Made by a program: the position numbers and the translations under genes. Positions 1-12,861 of a stretch of 64,000 nucleotides of DNA are shown here, in pieces (within the stretch, counting starts at the first letter, position 1; each line of letters begins with the position of its first letter). Below the pieces are notes generated by a model. It was not told the DNA's origin. It did no database searches and was given only the letters and a program-made list of their open reading frames with translations. This stretch comes from Anaeramoeba ignava BMAN (taxonomy: Eukaryota; Protista; Anaeramoebae), in contig JAPDFW010000124.1 in assembly GCA_028826165.1 (NCBI GenBank), positions 97,392 through 161,391 on the forward strand. Direction: 5' to 3'.

Positions 1-1
1 G

Positions 2-661
2 AAATTAATTCAATTCCAAAAAATTCAAAATCAAAATGACGAGAAAGAATATGAACAATTTATTGAAAAAGAAAATCAAAATGAAAATTCATTCATTTTC
101 AAATCACGATTTAGATTTGGATCAACAATAATTCGAGAATCAAATCATTTCAGAAAAATAAAACAATGGATAAATGATGATGAATTCATTTCCAAAATGA
201 GATTAGGATTTTCAGCCAAAAGAGATGGATTTTCAGCAGAGAAATTTCATGAGAAATGTGATAATAAAGGAAATACATTAGTTATTATCAAAACAACTGA
301 TAATTATATATTTGGAGGGTTTACAAGAGAAGGATGGAATTATGGATTTCAAAGATATATCACTGATCCAAATGCATTTATTTTTTCATTAAGAAATCCA
401 AAAAATGATCCTCCTCAAAAATTCACATTAAGACAAAATTGTGAAGGATATGCTCTTTATTATTTTGGTCAATATGGTCCTAATTTTGGTTCTGCTTATG
501 ATATTTGTTTGAAACAAGATCTTCGAAGTGGTTATACAAATTTTGGTTCTGCTTATCATATTCCTGAAGGTATTAGATATGAAACTGAAGAATCTATGAG
601 TTATTTAGGTGGTTCTTATGATCAGTGGATAGTTGATGAAATTGAATGCTTTTTCATTTAA
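2..661 (+). CDS. TLDc domain protein, 5'-truncated by the window edge (probably a BTB-TLDc paralog of 44546-46147)
   Basis: The frame is open from base 2 to TAA at 661. TLDc motifs: RDGFSAEKFHEKCDNKGNTLVIIKT, IFGGFT, AFIFSL, GPNFG, C-terminal VDEIECF. Closely similar to the C-terminus of 44546-46147. Confidence 0.88.
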   Translation, partial: KLIQFQKIQNQNDEKEYEQFIEKENQNENSFIFKSRFRFGSTIIRESNHFRKIKQWINDDEFISKMRLGFSAKRDGFSAEKFHEKCDNKGNTLVIIKTTDNYIFGGFTREGWNYGFQRYITDPNAFIFSLRNPKNDPPQKFTLRQNCEGYALYYFGQYGPNFGSAYDICLKQDLRSGYTNFGSAYHIPEGIRYETEESMSYLGGSYDQWIVDEIECFFI

Positions 662-669
662 AGAAGAGA

Positions 670-1300
670 ATTTGGATTTTGATTTGAATTTTGATTTAAA
701 TTTTGATTTGAATTTTGATTTGAATTTTGATTTAAATTTTGATTTGAATATTGAATTGAATTTTGAATTTAATTTTGATTTGAATTTTGATTTAAATTTT
801 GATTTGAATTTTGATTTGAATTTTGATTTGAATTTTGATTTAAATTTTGAATTAAATTTTGATTTAAATTTTGATTTAAATTTTGAATTTAAATTTTGAT
901 TTGAATTTTGATTTGAATTTTGATTTAAATTTTGATTTAAATTTTGATTTGAATTTTGATTTGAATTTTGATTTAAATTTTGATTTGGATTTTGATTTTA
1001 ATTTTGATTTAAATTTTGATTTGAATTTTGATTTAAATTTTGATTTAAATTTTGATTTAAATTTTGATTTGAATTTTGATTTAAATTTTGATTTAAATTT
1101 TGATTTAAATTTTGATTTAAATTTTGATTTGAATTTTGATTTAAATTTTGATTTGAATTTTGATTTAAATTTTGATTTTAATTTTGAATTGAATTTTGAT
1201 TTTAATTTTGATTTGAATTTTGATTTGAATTTTGATTTAAATTTTGATTTGAATTTTGATTTAAATTTTGAATTGAATTTTGATTTGTTTTGATTTGGAT
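670..1300. repeat. 12-bp minisatellite (TTTTGATTTRAA)n, ~50 copies
   Basis: Directly visible tandem repeat starting a few bases after the TLDc stop. It generates the spurious FDLN-repeat ORFs. Confidence 0.95.
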
Positions 1301-1388
1301 TTAAATAAAAATTTAAATAAAAAAAAAGGAATCAAAGAAAATTTCATTTTTCATTTCATTTTTTTTTTATTCATTTTTTTTTAAATAA

Positions 1389-3362
1389 ATGGGACAATCT
1401 TTAGAAAAAAATTTACACAAAGCATGCAAAGAAAATTCAATACAAGATGTAGAAAACATATTAAAAAAGAAAGTCGATATAAACGCACGAAACAAAGAAA
1501 ATGAAACAGCATTACATATTTCATGTTCAAAAGAAAATTCAATTGAGATAATAAAATTATTGATAAAAAAAGGATCAAAAATAAATGCGAAAAATTATAG
1601 TGAAGAAACACCTTTACATATTGCTTGTAGATATCAAAACAAATACTTGTTTGATGTTGTTAAATTACTTGTTGAAAATGGAGCTGATTTTAATATCCAA
1701 ACTTTAAATGATGGAACAGTTTTAAATTTAGTTTGTGGAAATCCAAGAAATGATTCAGTTAAAGTTGCAAATTTTCTTATTGAAAAAGGAATTGAAATCA
1801 ATTCAATCAATTATAAAAAAGAAACACCTTTACATATTGCTTGTTATCAACAAAAATCACTTGAAATTGTGAAATTTCTTATTGAAAAAGGAGCAGATAT
1901 TAATTCTAGAAATGGAAATGAAGAAACACCTTTACATTTGGCTTGCCAAATAGAAAATTCATTTGAAATTGTGAAATTTCTTGTTGAAAAAGGAGCGGAT
2001 GTTAATGCTAAAACAAACAGAAATCAAACTCCTTTGCATTATTTAGCTTGGCTAACAAATTCAATTGAAATAATCCGTTTCTTGATCCAAAAAGGTGCGG
2101 ATATTAACGCCAAAACAAAAGAAAATGAAACACCTTTGCATTATGCTTGTCATTTCCATAAAGGATATGTTTTCAAAATGATTAAGCTTCTTGTTGATAA
2201 CGGCGCAGATGTTAATGCGAAAACAAATTGGAATCAAACCCCACTTCATTTTGCTTGTCAAGAGCAAAATTCAAACAAAATTATTCAACTACTTTCTGAT
2301 AAAGGAACTGATCTCAATGTAAAAACAATATCAAGTCATGAAACTCCATTGTTTTATTTGGTTTCCAAAAGAAATCCAAAAGGAATCCAAATTTTATTGA
2401 TGAATGATGCCTTGATTTTCAACTTGGAAGAGCTTAATGTTCCTGATGAATTTATTCCTTTATTAGTAAAGTCTTATTCGCTCAACCAAGATTTATATAA
2501 TTTGCTTAATTCAAATGAATTTTCCGATTTGGAAATTAAATCAAATGATTCATTTTCATTTTTGGTTCATAAATTAATTCTCTTATCAAGATTCAATAAC
2601 GATCAATCGATTCTTGATAAATTTATCAATCTTTGCAAACAAAAATCAAAAGAAGATATCCAGCTTGTTTTGAGTTTCCTTTATAGCGGGTTCTTTAATT
2701 TTGATCAAATAAAAAGCAAATTTGTTGATAATAAAAACTATTCAAAAAGTGTTTATGATTCATTTTCTTTATTTTATTCCTATTATCAAGATGCAATTGA
2801 TCAAGATGATTCTGATGAATTTTCTGAATCAATGGAACCAAGTTCAGATCCAATAGAAGAAACTGAAGAACATAATAATATGGATTGGGTCGACAAGCAA
2901 GAGCATATAAAAGAGTTTTTCCAAGAAATGCAACTTGATTCAAAATGGATTCAATCCAAAAAAGGAAGAAAAGGAATTGTAAAAGATTTCCAACATTTAT
3001 ATAAACAAGATTCAACAAAAGATTTCACAATCATTTGTGAACAAAATAAAGAAATCAAAGTTCATAAATTAATATTGATTTTAAGAAGTGAATTATTCAA
3101 AGGAATGTTTGCGTTGAATAAGCAAGATTCTTCTAATAAAGTTCATGATTACTCAAAAAAATCATTTGAAACTATATATCAATTAATTTACTTTTTTTAT
3201 AATGATAAATTTGATGAAAGAAGATTGAAAAATCCAAAAATTATTCAAGAATTTGGAGATGTTAAAGATTATTTCCAATTAAATCCAAATTCTGCTTTTG
3301 AGTTAATTTTGAAAACTAATATATTTTTTTCTAAAAGAAAAAAAGAAAGAAAAAAGAAATGA
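1389..3362 (+). CDS. Ankyrin-repeat + tandem BTB/POZ protein (ANK-BTB-BTB), intronless, 657 aa
   Basis: About 9 TPLH-x-AC...GADxNA ankyrin repeats, followed by two BTB domains (FSDLEI...VHKLILLSRF; TKDFTI...IKVHKLILILRSELFKGMF). TCATTTT motifs precede the ATG. Confidence 0.9.
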   Translation: MGQSLEKNLHKACKENSIQDVENILKKKVDINARNKENETALHISCSKENSIEIIKLLIKKGSKINAKNYSEETPLHIACRYQNKYLFDVVKLLVENGADFNIQTLNDGTVLNLVCGNPRNDSVKVANFLIEKGIEINSINYKKETPLHIACYQQKSLEIVKFLIEKGADINSRNGNEETPLHLACQIENSFEIVKFLVEKGADVNAKTNRNQTPLHYLAWLTNSIEIIRFLIQKGADINAKTKENETPLHYACHFHKGYVFKMIKLLVDNGADVNAKTNWNQTPLHFACQEQNSNKIIQLLSDKGTDLNVKTISSHETPLFYLVSKRNPKGIQILLMNDALIFNLEELNVPDEFIPLLVKSYSLNQDLYNLLNSNEFSDLEIKSNDSFSFLVHKLILLSRFNNDQSILDKFINLCKQKSKEDIQLVLSFLYSGFFNFDQIKSKFVDNKNYSKSVYDSFSLFYSYYQDAIDQDDSDEFSESMEPSSDPIEETEEHNNMDWVDKQEHIKEFFQEMQLDSKWIQSKKGRKGIVKDFQHLYKQDSTKDFTIICEQNKEIKVHKLILILRSELFKGMFALNKQDSSNKVHDYSKKSFETIYQLIYFFYNDKFDERRLKNPKIIQEFGDVKDYFQLNPNSAFELILKTNIFFSKRKKERKKK

Positions 3363-3398
3363 GAAATAAAAAGAGTTTTTTTTTTAACTTTTTAATTT

Positions 3399-5571
3399 TC
3401 AATTTTTTAAAAAAAAATCAATTATTGAATTTTGATTTAATTGATAATAATCTTTAATATCTTGAAGTTCTCCAAGAATTTCTTGGTTTAAATTTGTTTT
3501 TTCAATTTCATCATGATAAAGAAAATGAATAAATTGTTGAATTGTTTCAATTGATTTTTTGGAATAATCATGAACTTTATTTGAAGAATCTTGAACATTT
3601 AATTGAAACATTCCTTTGAATAATTCACTTCTTAAAATCAATATTAATTTATGAACTTTGATTTCTTGTTCATCTTCACAAATGATTGTAAAATCTTTTG
3701 TTGATTCATTTTGAAATAATTTAGCAAAATCTTTAATAATTCCTTTTCTTCCTTTTTTGGATTCAATCCAATTTGAATCAAGTTGCATTTCTTGGAAAAA
3801 CTCTTTTATATGCTCTTCTTTTTCAATCCAATCCAAAGGTTCTTCTGGTTTTTGAGTTGTAAATGCTTCTGAAAAATTAACTAAATTGTCAATCATTTTC
3901 GAATTTATTTTTTTAATAAGAAAATCAAAACCAGGAAATCCAGTATAAAGGAAATCTAAAGCAATTTGAACATCTTCTTTTGATTTTTGTTTGCAAAGAT
4001 TGATAAATTTATCAAGAATTGATTGATCGTTATTGAATCTTGATAAGAGAATTAATTTATGAACCAAAAATGAGAATGAATCATTTGATTTAATTTCCAA
4101 ATCGGAAAATTCATTTGAATTAAGCAAATTATATAAATCTTGATTGAGCGAATAAACTTGTAAAAACATATCAATAAATTGTTTTGGAAATTGTTTTGAG
4201 AATCGATAATGATAATATTGTTCTTGATCTTCATGATTGATTAACGATTGAAAAATATTGGCATCATTCATAAGAAGAAATTTAGTAACTTCAAAATTTT
4301 TGAAATGATAAGAAAGTTCAAGAGGTGATTGATTTTGAGAATTTTGAAGATTAATATCAGCACCTTTTTCAACAAGCAATTTAACAACATTAAGTGATTC
4401 TTTTCGATAACAAGCAAAATGAAGAGCAGTTTGTTCATAAGTATCAGATTTTACATTAATATCAGCACCTTTTTCAATAAGTAGCTTCACAGTTTCAATA
4501 GAATTTGTTTTATGATAACAAACAAAATGCAAAGCGGTTTCATTTCTGTTTGATTTTAGCATTAACATCAAGTCCTTTTTCAAGAAGAAATTTAACAACT
4601 TCAAGTGAATTTTCTTGTTGACAAGCCAAATGTAAAGGTGTTTCTTCTGTTCTTGTTTTGAGAGTTAAATCCGCTCCTTTTTCAACAAGAAATTTAACAA
4701 TTTCAATTGAGTTTTTCTGTTCACAAGCAATATGTAAAGGTGTTTCATTCCAAATACTTTGTGCATTAATATCAGCTCCTTTTTCAACAAGAAATTTCAC
4801 AATTTCAAATGAATTTTGTTGACAAGCAAAATGTAAAGGTGTTTCTTCTTCTTGTGTTTTAATATTAATTTTGGCTTCTTTTTCAATTAATAATTTAACA
4901 ATATTAAATGAATTTTTTTTGCAAGCAATGTGTAAAGGAGATAAATATTTATCATTGAATACTAAACTTGTTTGTAAATTAATATCAGCTCCTTTTTCAA
5001 TAAGGAACGTAATAATTTTAAATGATTTTTGTTGACAAGCAAGATGTAAAGGTGTTTCATTCCAAATATTTTTCACATTAATATCAGCTCCTTTTTCAAC
5101 AAGAAATTTCACAATTTCAAATGAATTTTCTATTTGACAAGCAAAATGTAAAGGATATTTTGATTGATGAGTTGCAATATTAACATCAGCTCCATTTTCA
5201 ACAAGTAATTTAACAATTTCCATTTGATTTTCTCTTTGAATATTAATTGAATAATCTAAAGCGGTTTTTTTTTCATCATCAATTGAATTTATTTCTATTT
5301 TCGAATTTATTAGAAATTCAATTATTTCAAGTTCGCATTTGTTTAGAATTGCTGAATGTAATGCGTTTTTTTGTTTTTTATCTGTTGAATTTGGATTTGC
5401 TCCTTTTGAAATTAATAATTGAATCATTTCAAGTGAGTTTTTATTTTCAAGTGCAAAATTTAGAATTGGTTGTGAATTTTTTTTTAATTCATTTTGTTGA
5501 ATTGAGTTAATATTTTTGATAAATTGAATATTTTTTTGTTTAATTTGATCCCATAAATTTAAGTTATTCAT
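3399..5571 (-). CDS. Ankyrin-repeat + tandem BTB/POZ protein, paralog of 1389-3362, with one frameshift at ~4556
   Basis: ORFs 4540-5571 and 3399-4604 join into a continuous ankyrin repeat (DVNAK|SNRNETALH) if one A is removed from the run in GCTAAAATCA. The BTB region is nearly identical to the convergent paralog. Confidence 0.85.
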
Positions 5572-5639
5572 TTAAAAGGAAAAAAAATGGAAATAAAAAA
5601 ATGAAAAAATGAAAAAAATTTTCTTTTTGATTTTTTAAT

Positions 5640-7215
5640 TAAATTTAAAAAGAAAATGAACTCGAATTTTGAATTAAATTTAAAAAGAAAATGAACTTGA
5701 ATTTTAAATTAAATTGAATTAAATTAAATTGAATTGATTTGAATTTTGAATTGAATTAAATTAAATTAAATTGAATTGAATGAATTTGAATTAAAATGAA
5801 CTTGAATTTTAAATTAAATTGAATTGAATTTCGAATTGAATTTTGAATTAAATTGAATTTTGATTTGAATTTTAAATTGAATTGAATTTTGATTTGAATT
5901 GAATATTGAATTGAATATTGAATTGAATTAAATTGAATTGAATTTTGAATTGAATTGAATATTGAATTGAATTAAATTGAATTAAATATTGAATTGAATT
6001 GAATATTGAATTGAATTAAATTAAATTGATTTGAATTGAATTTTGAATTGAATTTTGAATTGAATTTTAAATTAAATTGAATTGAATTTTGAATTTGAAT
6101 TTAATTGAATTGAATTGAATTGAATTTTGATTTGAATTTTGAATTGAATTTTGAATTGAATTTTGAATTGAATTTTGAATTTGAATTTTGAATTAAATTG
6201 AATTGAATTTTGAATTGAATTGAATTTTGATTTGAATTTTGAATTGAATTGAATTAAATTAAATTAAATTGAATTAAATTGAATTGATTTGAATTGAATT
6301 GAATTGAATTTTGATTTGAATTTTGAATTGAATTGAATATTGAATTGAATTAAATTAAATTGAATTAAATTAAATTGAATTGAATTGAATTTAATTTTGA
6401 AATGTAATTGAATTAAATTGAATTGATTTGAATTGAATTAAATTTAAAAAAGAAAATGAACTTGAATTGATTTGAATTTTGATTTGAATTAAATTGAATT
6501 TTGAATTAAATTGAATTGAATTGAATTGATTTAACTTGAATTTTGAATTAAATTGAATTTTAAATTGAATTTTGAATTGAATTAAATTGAATTGAATTTT
6601 GAATTTAAATTGAATTGAATTGGAATTGAATTGGAATTGAATTGAATTGAATTGAATTGAATGGGAATTGAATTGAATTTTGGAATTGAATTGAATTAAA
6701 TTGGAATTGAATTCGAATTTGAATTAAAAATGAACTTGAATTTTTAAATTAAATTGAATTAAATTGAATTGAATTGAATTTAATTTTGAAATGGAATTGA
6801 ATTAAATTGAATTGATTTGAATTGAATTAAATTTAAAAAAGAAAATGAACTTGAATTGATTTGAATTTTGATTTGAATTAAATTGAATTTTGAATTAAAT
6901 TGAATTGAATTGAATTGATTTAACTTGAATTTTGAATTAAATTGAATTTTAAATTGAATTTTGAATTGAATTAAATTGAATTGAATTTTGAATTAAATTA
7001 AATTAAATTGAATTGAATTTTGATTTGAATTGAATTTAAAAAAGGAATTTAACTTGAATTGAATTGAATTGAATTTTAAATTAAATTGAATTGAATTTTG
7101 ATTTGAATTTTAAATTAAATTGAATTGAATTGAATTGAATTTTGATTTGAATTTTGAAATGGAATTAAATTAAATTGAATTTAATTTTGAAATGAATTTT
7201 GAAATGGAATTAAAA
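5640..7215. repeat. Degenerate (GAATT/AAATT)n satellite with an internal block duplicated ~390 bp apart
   Basis: Visible 5-bp periodicity. The block containing AAAGAAAATGAACTTGAATTGATTTG recurs at ~6449 and ~6838. Confidence 0.9.
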
Positions 7216-7220
7216 ATTAA

Positions 7221-10200
7221 TCATTTTTTTTTTCGTATTTGAAAAAGTTTGTGAAAATTCTTCCATTCTTCCAAATCTGTAAAGGAAATATACATTGGGA
7301 AAAGATCCTCAATTTCAATTTTAGAAATACCAAGAATCTTAGTATGAGGTATAGCTTTAACTTCAGAATAATATCTAATATAATTTTGAGTAGAAGTTTT
7401 CATTTTTAATTCTTTCTCATTTAAAGTAAGAGTTAAATCATCAATTTTTTCATTGTTTTCATTGATTAATTCAGAATAGAATTCAGTTTTAAAAGGAATT
7501 TGATCTTGATTGAAATTTTCTTTTGTTTCTTTTTCTTCTTGTTTTGTTTCTTTTTCTTCTTGTTTTTGTTTTGTTTCTTCTTCTTTAATAAAATTTGATA
7601 AATCTCCATTTTGATTAGTTTTTTTAAAAGTAAAATTCAAAAACTCTAGAAACTTTCCCATGTCTTCAGAACTTTCAAAACGGAAATAAACAACATTTCC
7701 TTGACTAAATTCAAATTTGCAAGTATTCGTTTCTTTATTCATTGAAACAGTCAATTTTTTTCCAAATGAAAGATCAAACTGTTGTTTTTCTGTTTTTATA
7801 ATTAGCATTGCTGGTGTGATTTCAAGAGTTGCAGAGGCTTCATTAGTTTTATTCGAATCCAAAGCGGTTCCTGAGAATAAACTTTCGTTTTTATCGGGTT
7901 TTGGACGAATAAGATTTGAGATGCGAGAAATTTTTGGAATATTTTTTTTCCGCGAAATTTGAGCAAGTTGGAAAGAGTGTTCAGCTTCTGAAGGCGACTT
8001 GAAAGAGATGAAAAACTGTCTTGAATCTGGGAGTTGAATTTGCCAAACAGAACGGTTTCTTTCATGAACAAAAATTTTGACATTTTCATGATTTTCGAAA
8101 ATGTTTTCATTTTTTAATTTGAGTTCAAGTGTGGAATCTGTTATTGAAATTGAAGCTGTTTGATTTGTGGGCTCGAGATGTTGATTCAGCATATCAATCT
8201 CAGAAACAATAGCGTCTCCAAGCTCCATGATCTCTTCAAGTTCTGTGCTATCATATTTGAATGATATTCTATTTTCTTGAATGTATTGATCCCGAAATTG
8301 AGTGATTTTTGACTTGAAAAGTTGTGCTTGATTCGTATTTCCAAAGGAAATTATTAACGGAACTTGATTTGTGATTTGAATCTTGAAGATTTTGCTTGAT
8401 TTTGGAGAAGAAAACATTTTCAAATCAAAAGGAGAATATGAAGTGTGGAATTTTGCGTTAGTTGTTGTTAATACAAGCAAATTGGGATCAGTTTCGATCA
8501 AGATGGGTCCAAGAATAGCAAGAGAAGGACTTAGTAAATTTGCCTTGAAATAATTGTAATTTGGGTCTTTTTTGTCCATAATTTCCGTTGAAAGATTGGA
8601 ATAACGTCCCTTTTGTGTTATTTCTTTTAATTCCTTCATCAATACGTGATCTGACAGTTTTTTCTCAATAAGTTTTATTTCTTTGTTTTCTTGCTCCATT
8701 TTTATAATTGATATCAAAAATTCACCCTTTGCTTCTTGATCCAAAAACGGGAAAACAATCTCAGGCATTTGAGGAAAATTCAACAGGCAAATATTCGAAT
8801 TTTGGGAATCCGTTATAGAAACAGAATTGAAAGGAAAAGATGCAATTGATTCGTTAAGTGTTATAAGTGTGAGTTGATTTGATGAAAGAAATAATCGGAA
8901 ATTTTTGTCTGGAATCACAGTTTGTGACACAAACATTTTAGCAGAAAAATTTCCAAACGCGTTACTGAAAAACCTAGAGCGGCTAAATTCAAATGAAAGG
9001 ATAAAATGCTCGCGTCTTTTTGGAAGTGAGAAAAATAATGATATTTGTTGTCCTGATTTAAAAGGAATGTCAACAATGTTTTCACCTCGAGTTTTCAGAT
9101 CATAAAGTGGATAATCAATGGTGAAGGTTTCAAAGCACGAGAAGCGAATAGAATCATGAAGAAGAAAAACTCTGCAATCTGATGTACCAAGCAAAGAGCG
9201 TATTGAGCAGTCAAAAACAAAGTTCTGAGATTCTTTCCAATCAAGATGAAAATTTCGGAGATTTTGGAATTTTTCAGAAAATTTTTCGCGTTGAATTTCT
9301 GATGGAAATGAAAGCATCACGTAGTGAAGCTCATCGAGATGCAATCGGCATTTGCGCGTATCTTTTTTTAACATATGAAGGATTGAATAAGAAGAATACT
9401 TTCGGACAACAAACGAATTTTGTGATTGAACAACGAAAAAAGAATCGCTTAAAATGATTGTAATTTTGCTGACACTTTCGTTCATTTTGTTTAAAGCAAC
9501 CGCTTCGAATTTGAATTGAGAGTATTGCTTTAATTTTTGCGATAGAGAATCAAGCGAGTTATTTTGCAAATCGTGTATATATAATGTTTCTGTTGTGTGT
9601 TTTAAATGGTCCAATTTTGATTCTTCTTTTGAAGAATTTGGATCGGCAAAAATAAAAAAAGTAGGAACTTCTTCAGAAATTTGATCCACGCTTTGTACGA
9701 ATGACTCTTTCAAGAAATCCTCAGTGGATTGATAGCCTTTTTTGGGGAGATCTATTTCATAGTCTCCAGGCTTGAGATCTAATTGCGAAGTCACCATGTA
9801 CTTAAGTTCGTTTGGTTGCAAAAATTTTATATCAGTTTCCATTTGTCCGAATTTTTTGAATGCATCAAAACATCGATAAAGAAGAACAAGTCTGTCAGAT
9901 GTCTGACATGAGAAAACAACCATTGCAGGATTGTCTTGATGTTGGACAAGAAGATGAAGACGATTTGTGTTGTGGGTATCTCTGGAAATCTTGAAAAAAC
10001 CATCATTCCATGAGTAAACTAATGGTGGTTTATCTTGAAAAATAACAGAAAAATGCTCTTTTTCTAAATGAAATAATCCTGCTTCTTGATTTTCTTGGGA
10101 ATCATAAATTCGGATCAAAAATGTGCATCTTTTTTTGAACAAATTATAAAGAACAAGCATGTTTGTTTCCTCTTCAACACCGAGCATTTCTCCGTTAATA

Positions 10201-12754
10201 TGATACTTATCTGGGGTGTTTCCGCGATAATATCTTTTTAGCTCAATCATCATGATCAAAGTGTACATGTCAATATAACTATTCATTATCATTTTGATCG
10301 AATTATCCTTAGCTGTCAGTTGAACAATTTTTTGTTCAAAATCAATTGATAATTCTAATTGTGATTCGTATTTTCTCACAACTCTTGTCCCGTCTTCCAG
10401 AACAAGTCTGAAATGCTCATCGCCAAAATGGATGATTCCTGGTTTTTGTGTGAAATCCGGATACAGAAGAATTATCGGCATCTGACCTTTTCTTGATGCA
10501 AAAAAACGGGCAACAATTGAGTTCCAATTTTCCGCTCCAATTTTTTCAAAGTATTTTTTGCATGTTTCAACTGATTCAAATACTGGTTCAGCTGGAGGGT
10601 TTTTTTCTGCCTCCTTTATGCTTCTATCTCCATAACTCCAATCACCTCCAACATTTCCTTTTTCATGCAAAAGTTCAAATAAATCTTGTTTTGGCGTTAT
10701 TGATTCTTTTTTTTGCAATTGAGCTTGTTTCAATTTTTCATTCTGTTCCTTTTCTAATTGTTGCCTTATTCTTCTTAATCTTGCTTGTTTGTCAACTGTT
10801 GGCAATGGAACTATTTTCTCATCTGAAAAATTTTGTGAGTGTGATTTTGTTGTAATTCTTTGCATTCCAGTGAATCCTTTTAAGAAAAGTATTTTTCCTG
10901 AATTGATATGAAATAATTTGATTGTTTCGAATAAAAGTTCGAATAAAGTGTATGGAAAGGAAACTTGCCATTGATCATCTAATAGATTTGATTTTATAAC
11001 GATAGCATTTTTTGATTCTTTGCTTTTCCAGAACTTTATAAATTAAAATTTTTAAATTTTAATTTTAGTTTTAATTTTAATATTAATTTTAGTTTTAATT
11101 TTAATTTTAATATTATTAAATTACTTCAAGATCATTCAATTTACATCCAAATGATGCAACTGAAATTGTATTCAATTCAATTTTCTCTGATCTTAAATGC
11201 AAAAAACCTTCTAAAATTTCTTCATTTTCATGAAGTTTTTTATACTTAACAGGAAAATCAAGAACTTCTGATTTTTGAATAGCATTAGCAATAATTTTAG
11301 TAACAGAATTATCACCCAATTTAAGATCCAAAATAGAAAAAAGAGATAAACCTTGAATAGGAGTTGAAATTATTGATTTTTTAAAAGCATTTTTGAATTG
11401 ATTCATTAAAGAAGAGTCTCGATCTGTAAATTTACTAAACAAAGGAGTTGCATATTTGAAAGTATAATTTTCATATTCTATTATAATAATCACATGATGC
11501 GGAGAATACTGAGATGTTTTATCAAGGTATTCTGCAATTGCTTGTTTCATTAGAAAATCAAATGCAATTGAATTTTTTAAATCACTGATGTTTTGTGAAA
11601 AATAACAATTCAATGTTTCTTTAGTTAGATCAGAAAGTATCACTAAAAATGCGCGCGATTCATCGTATTCATCTTTGCTGATTTGTTTGTTGATCTTGAT
11701 TTCTGTTTCTGATATTTGTCTTGATATTCCTCTTGCAAATGGAGATTTTGGAACAAATTCTGTGTTTTGTGATGCTTTTTTAAATCCTGAAATGAATTCC
11801 ATTAATTTCTCTTCATCTTCCATTAGTTCTTTGGCTGTGAAACAAACATTTTTTTCTATTCCATTTTCAATTCCTGCTTCAGATAAAGTTTTAAAGTTTT
11901 CATATGGAATTTTTCTTTTTATTTTAATTTTATAAATGAATTTTAATTTTATAAATGAATTTTGATTTTAATTTTAATTTTAATTTTAATTTTAATTTTA
12001 ATTTTATAAATGAATTTTAATTTTAACTTTAATTTTAATTATAATTTTAATTTTAATTTTAATTTTAATTTTAATTTTAATTTTAATTTTAATTTTAATT
12101 TTAATTTTAATTTTAATTTTAAATTTTATAAATCAATTTTAATTTTATTTTTAATTATAATTTTAATTTTAATTTTAATTTTAATTTTAATTTTAAATTT
12201 TTTTAATTTTAATTTTAATTTTAATTTTAATTTTATAAATGAATTATAATTTTATTTTTAATTTAAATTTTAATTTTAATTTATAATTTTAATTTAATTT
12301 TAATTTTTAATTTTTAATTTTAATTTTAATTTTATAATTTTAATTTTAATTTTAATTTTTTAATTTTAATTTTATAAATGAATTTTAATTTTAATTTTAA
12401 TTTTAATTTTAATTTTAATTTTAATTTTAATTTTAATTTTAATTTTAATTTTAATTTTAATTTTAATTTTAATTTTAATTTTAATTTTAATTTTAATTTT
12501 AATTTTAATTTTAATTTTAATTTTATAATTTAATTTTAATTTTATAATTTAATTTTAATTTTAATTTTGATTTTATAAATGAATTTTAATTTTAATTTTA
12601 ATTTTAATTTTAATTTAAATTATAATTTAGGGAAAATTGTTTCCATTGCTTCTAAAAGTTGTTGTGAAAATAAACTTTGATCTTTTATTGAAATTGGTTG
12701 ATTAATAACCATACTAATCCAATCAAGTAATTCTTTTTTTTTTCTTGAATACAT
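7221..12754 (-). CDS. Large protein (~1575 aa) with an N-terminal calponin-homology-like domain and many tandem PH-like modules; 3 exons (12754-12630, 11914-11125, 11033-7221)
   Basis: Exons join in frame (4728 nt). Intron 2 is canonical GT-AG; the intron 1 donor lacks its G (see findings). N-terminal ELLDWISMVINQPI resembles CH domains. Recurrent beta-rich ~100-aa units end in F-x-S-x-E-x-R-x-x-F helices typical of PH folds. Domain calls are by eye. Confidence 0.65.
11920..12625. repeat. Intronic (TTTTAA)n satellite with interspersed TTTTATAAATGAA
   Basis: Visible. The same family occurs in introns at 33975-34400, 34926-36400, ~41170-41370 and, inverted, at 42180-42840. Confidence 0.9.
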
Positions 12755-12861
12755 TTCGTTAATTGTTTTTGTTTTGTTTTGTTAATTATTTTTGTTTTTA
12801 AAAAAATGAAAAAAATGAAATTAAAAATTTAAAAAAATTTTTTTTGCTTTTTTCTCTTTTT

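Noticed and set aside
633-1293. ORFs of FDLN repeats
   Set aside because: Translations of a stop-free 12-bp minisatellite, with no protein features.
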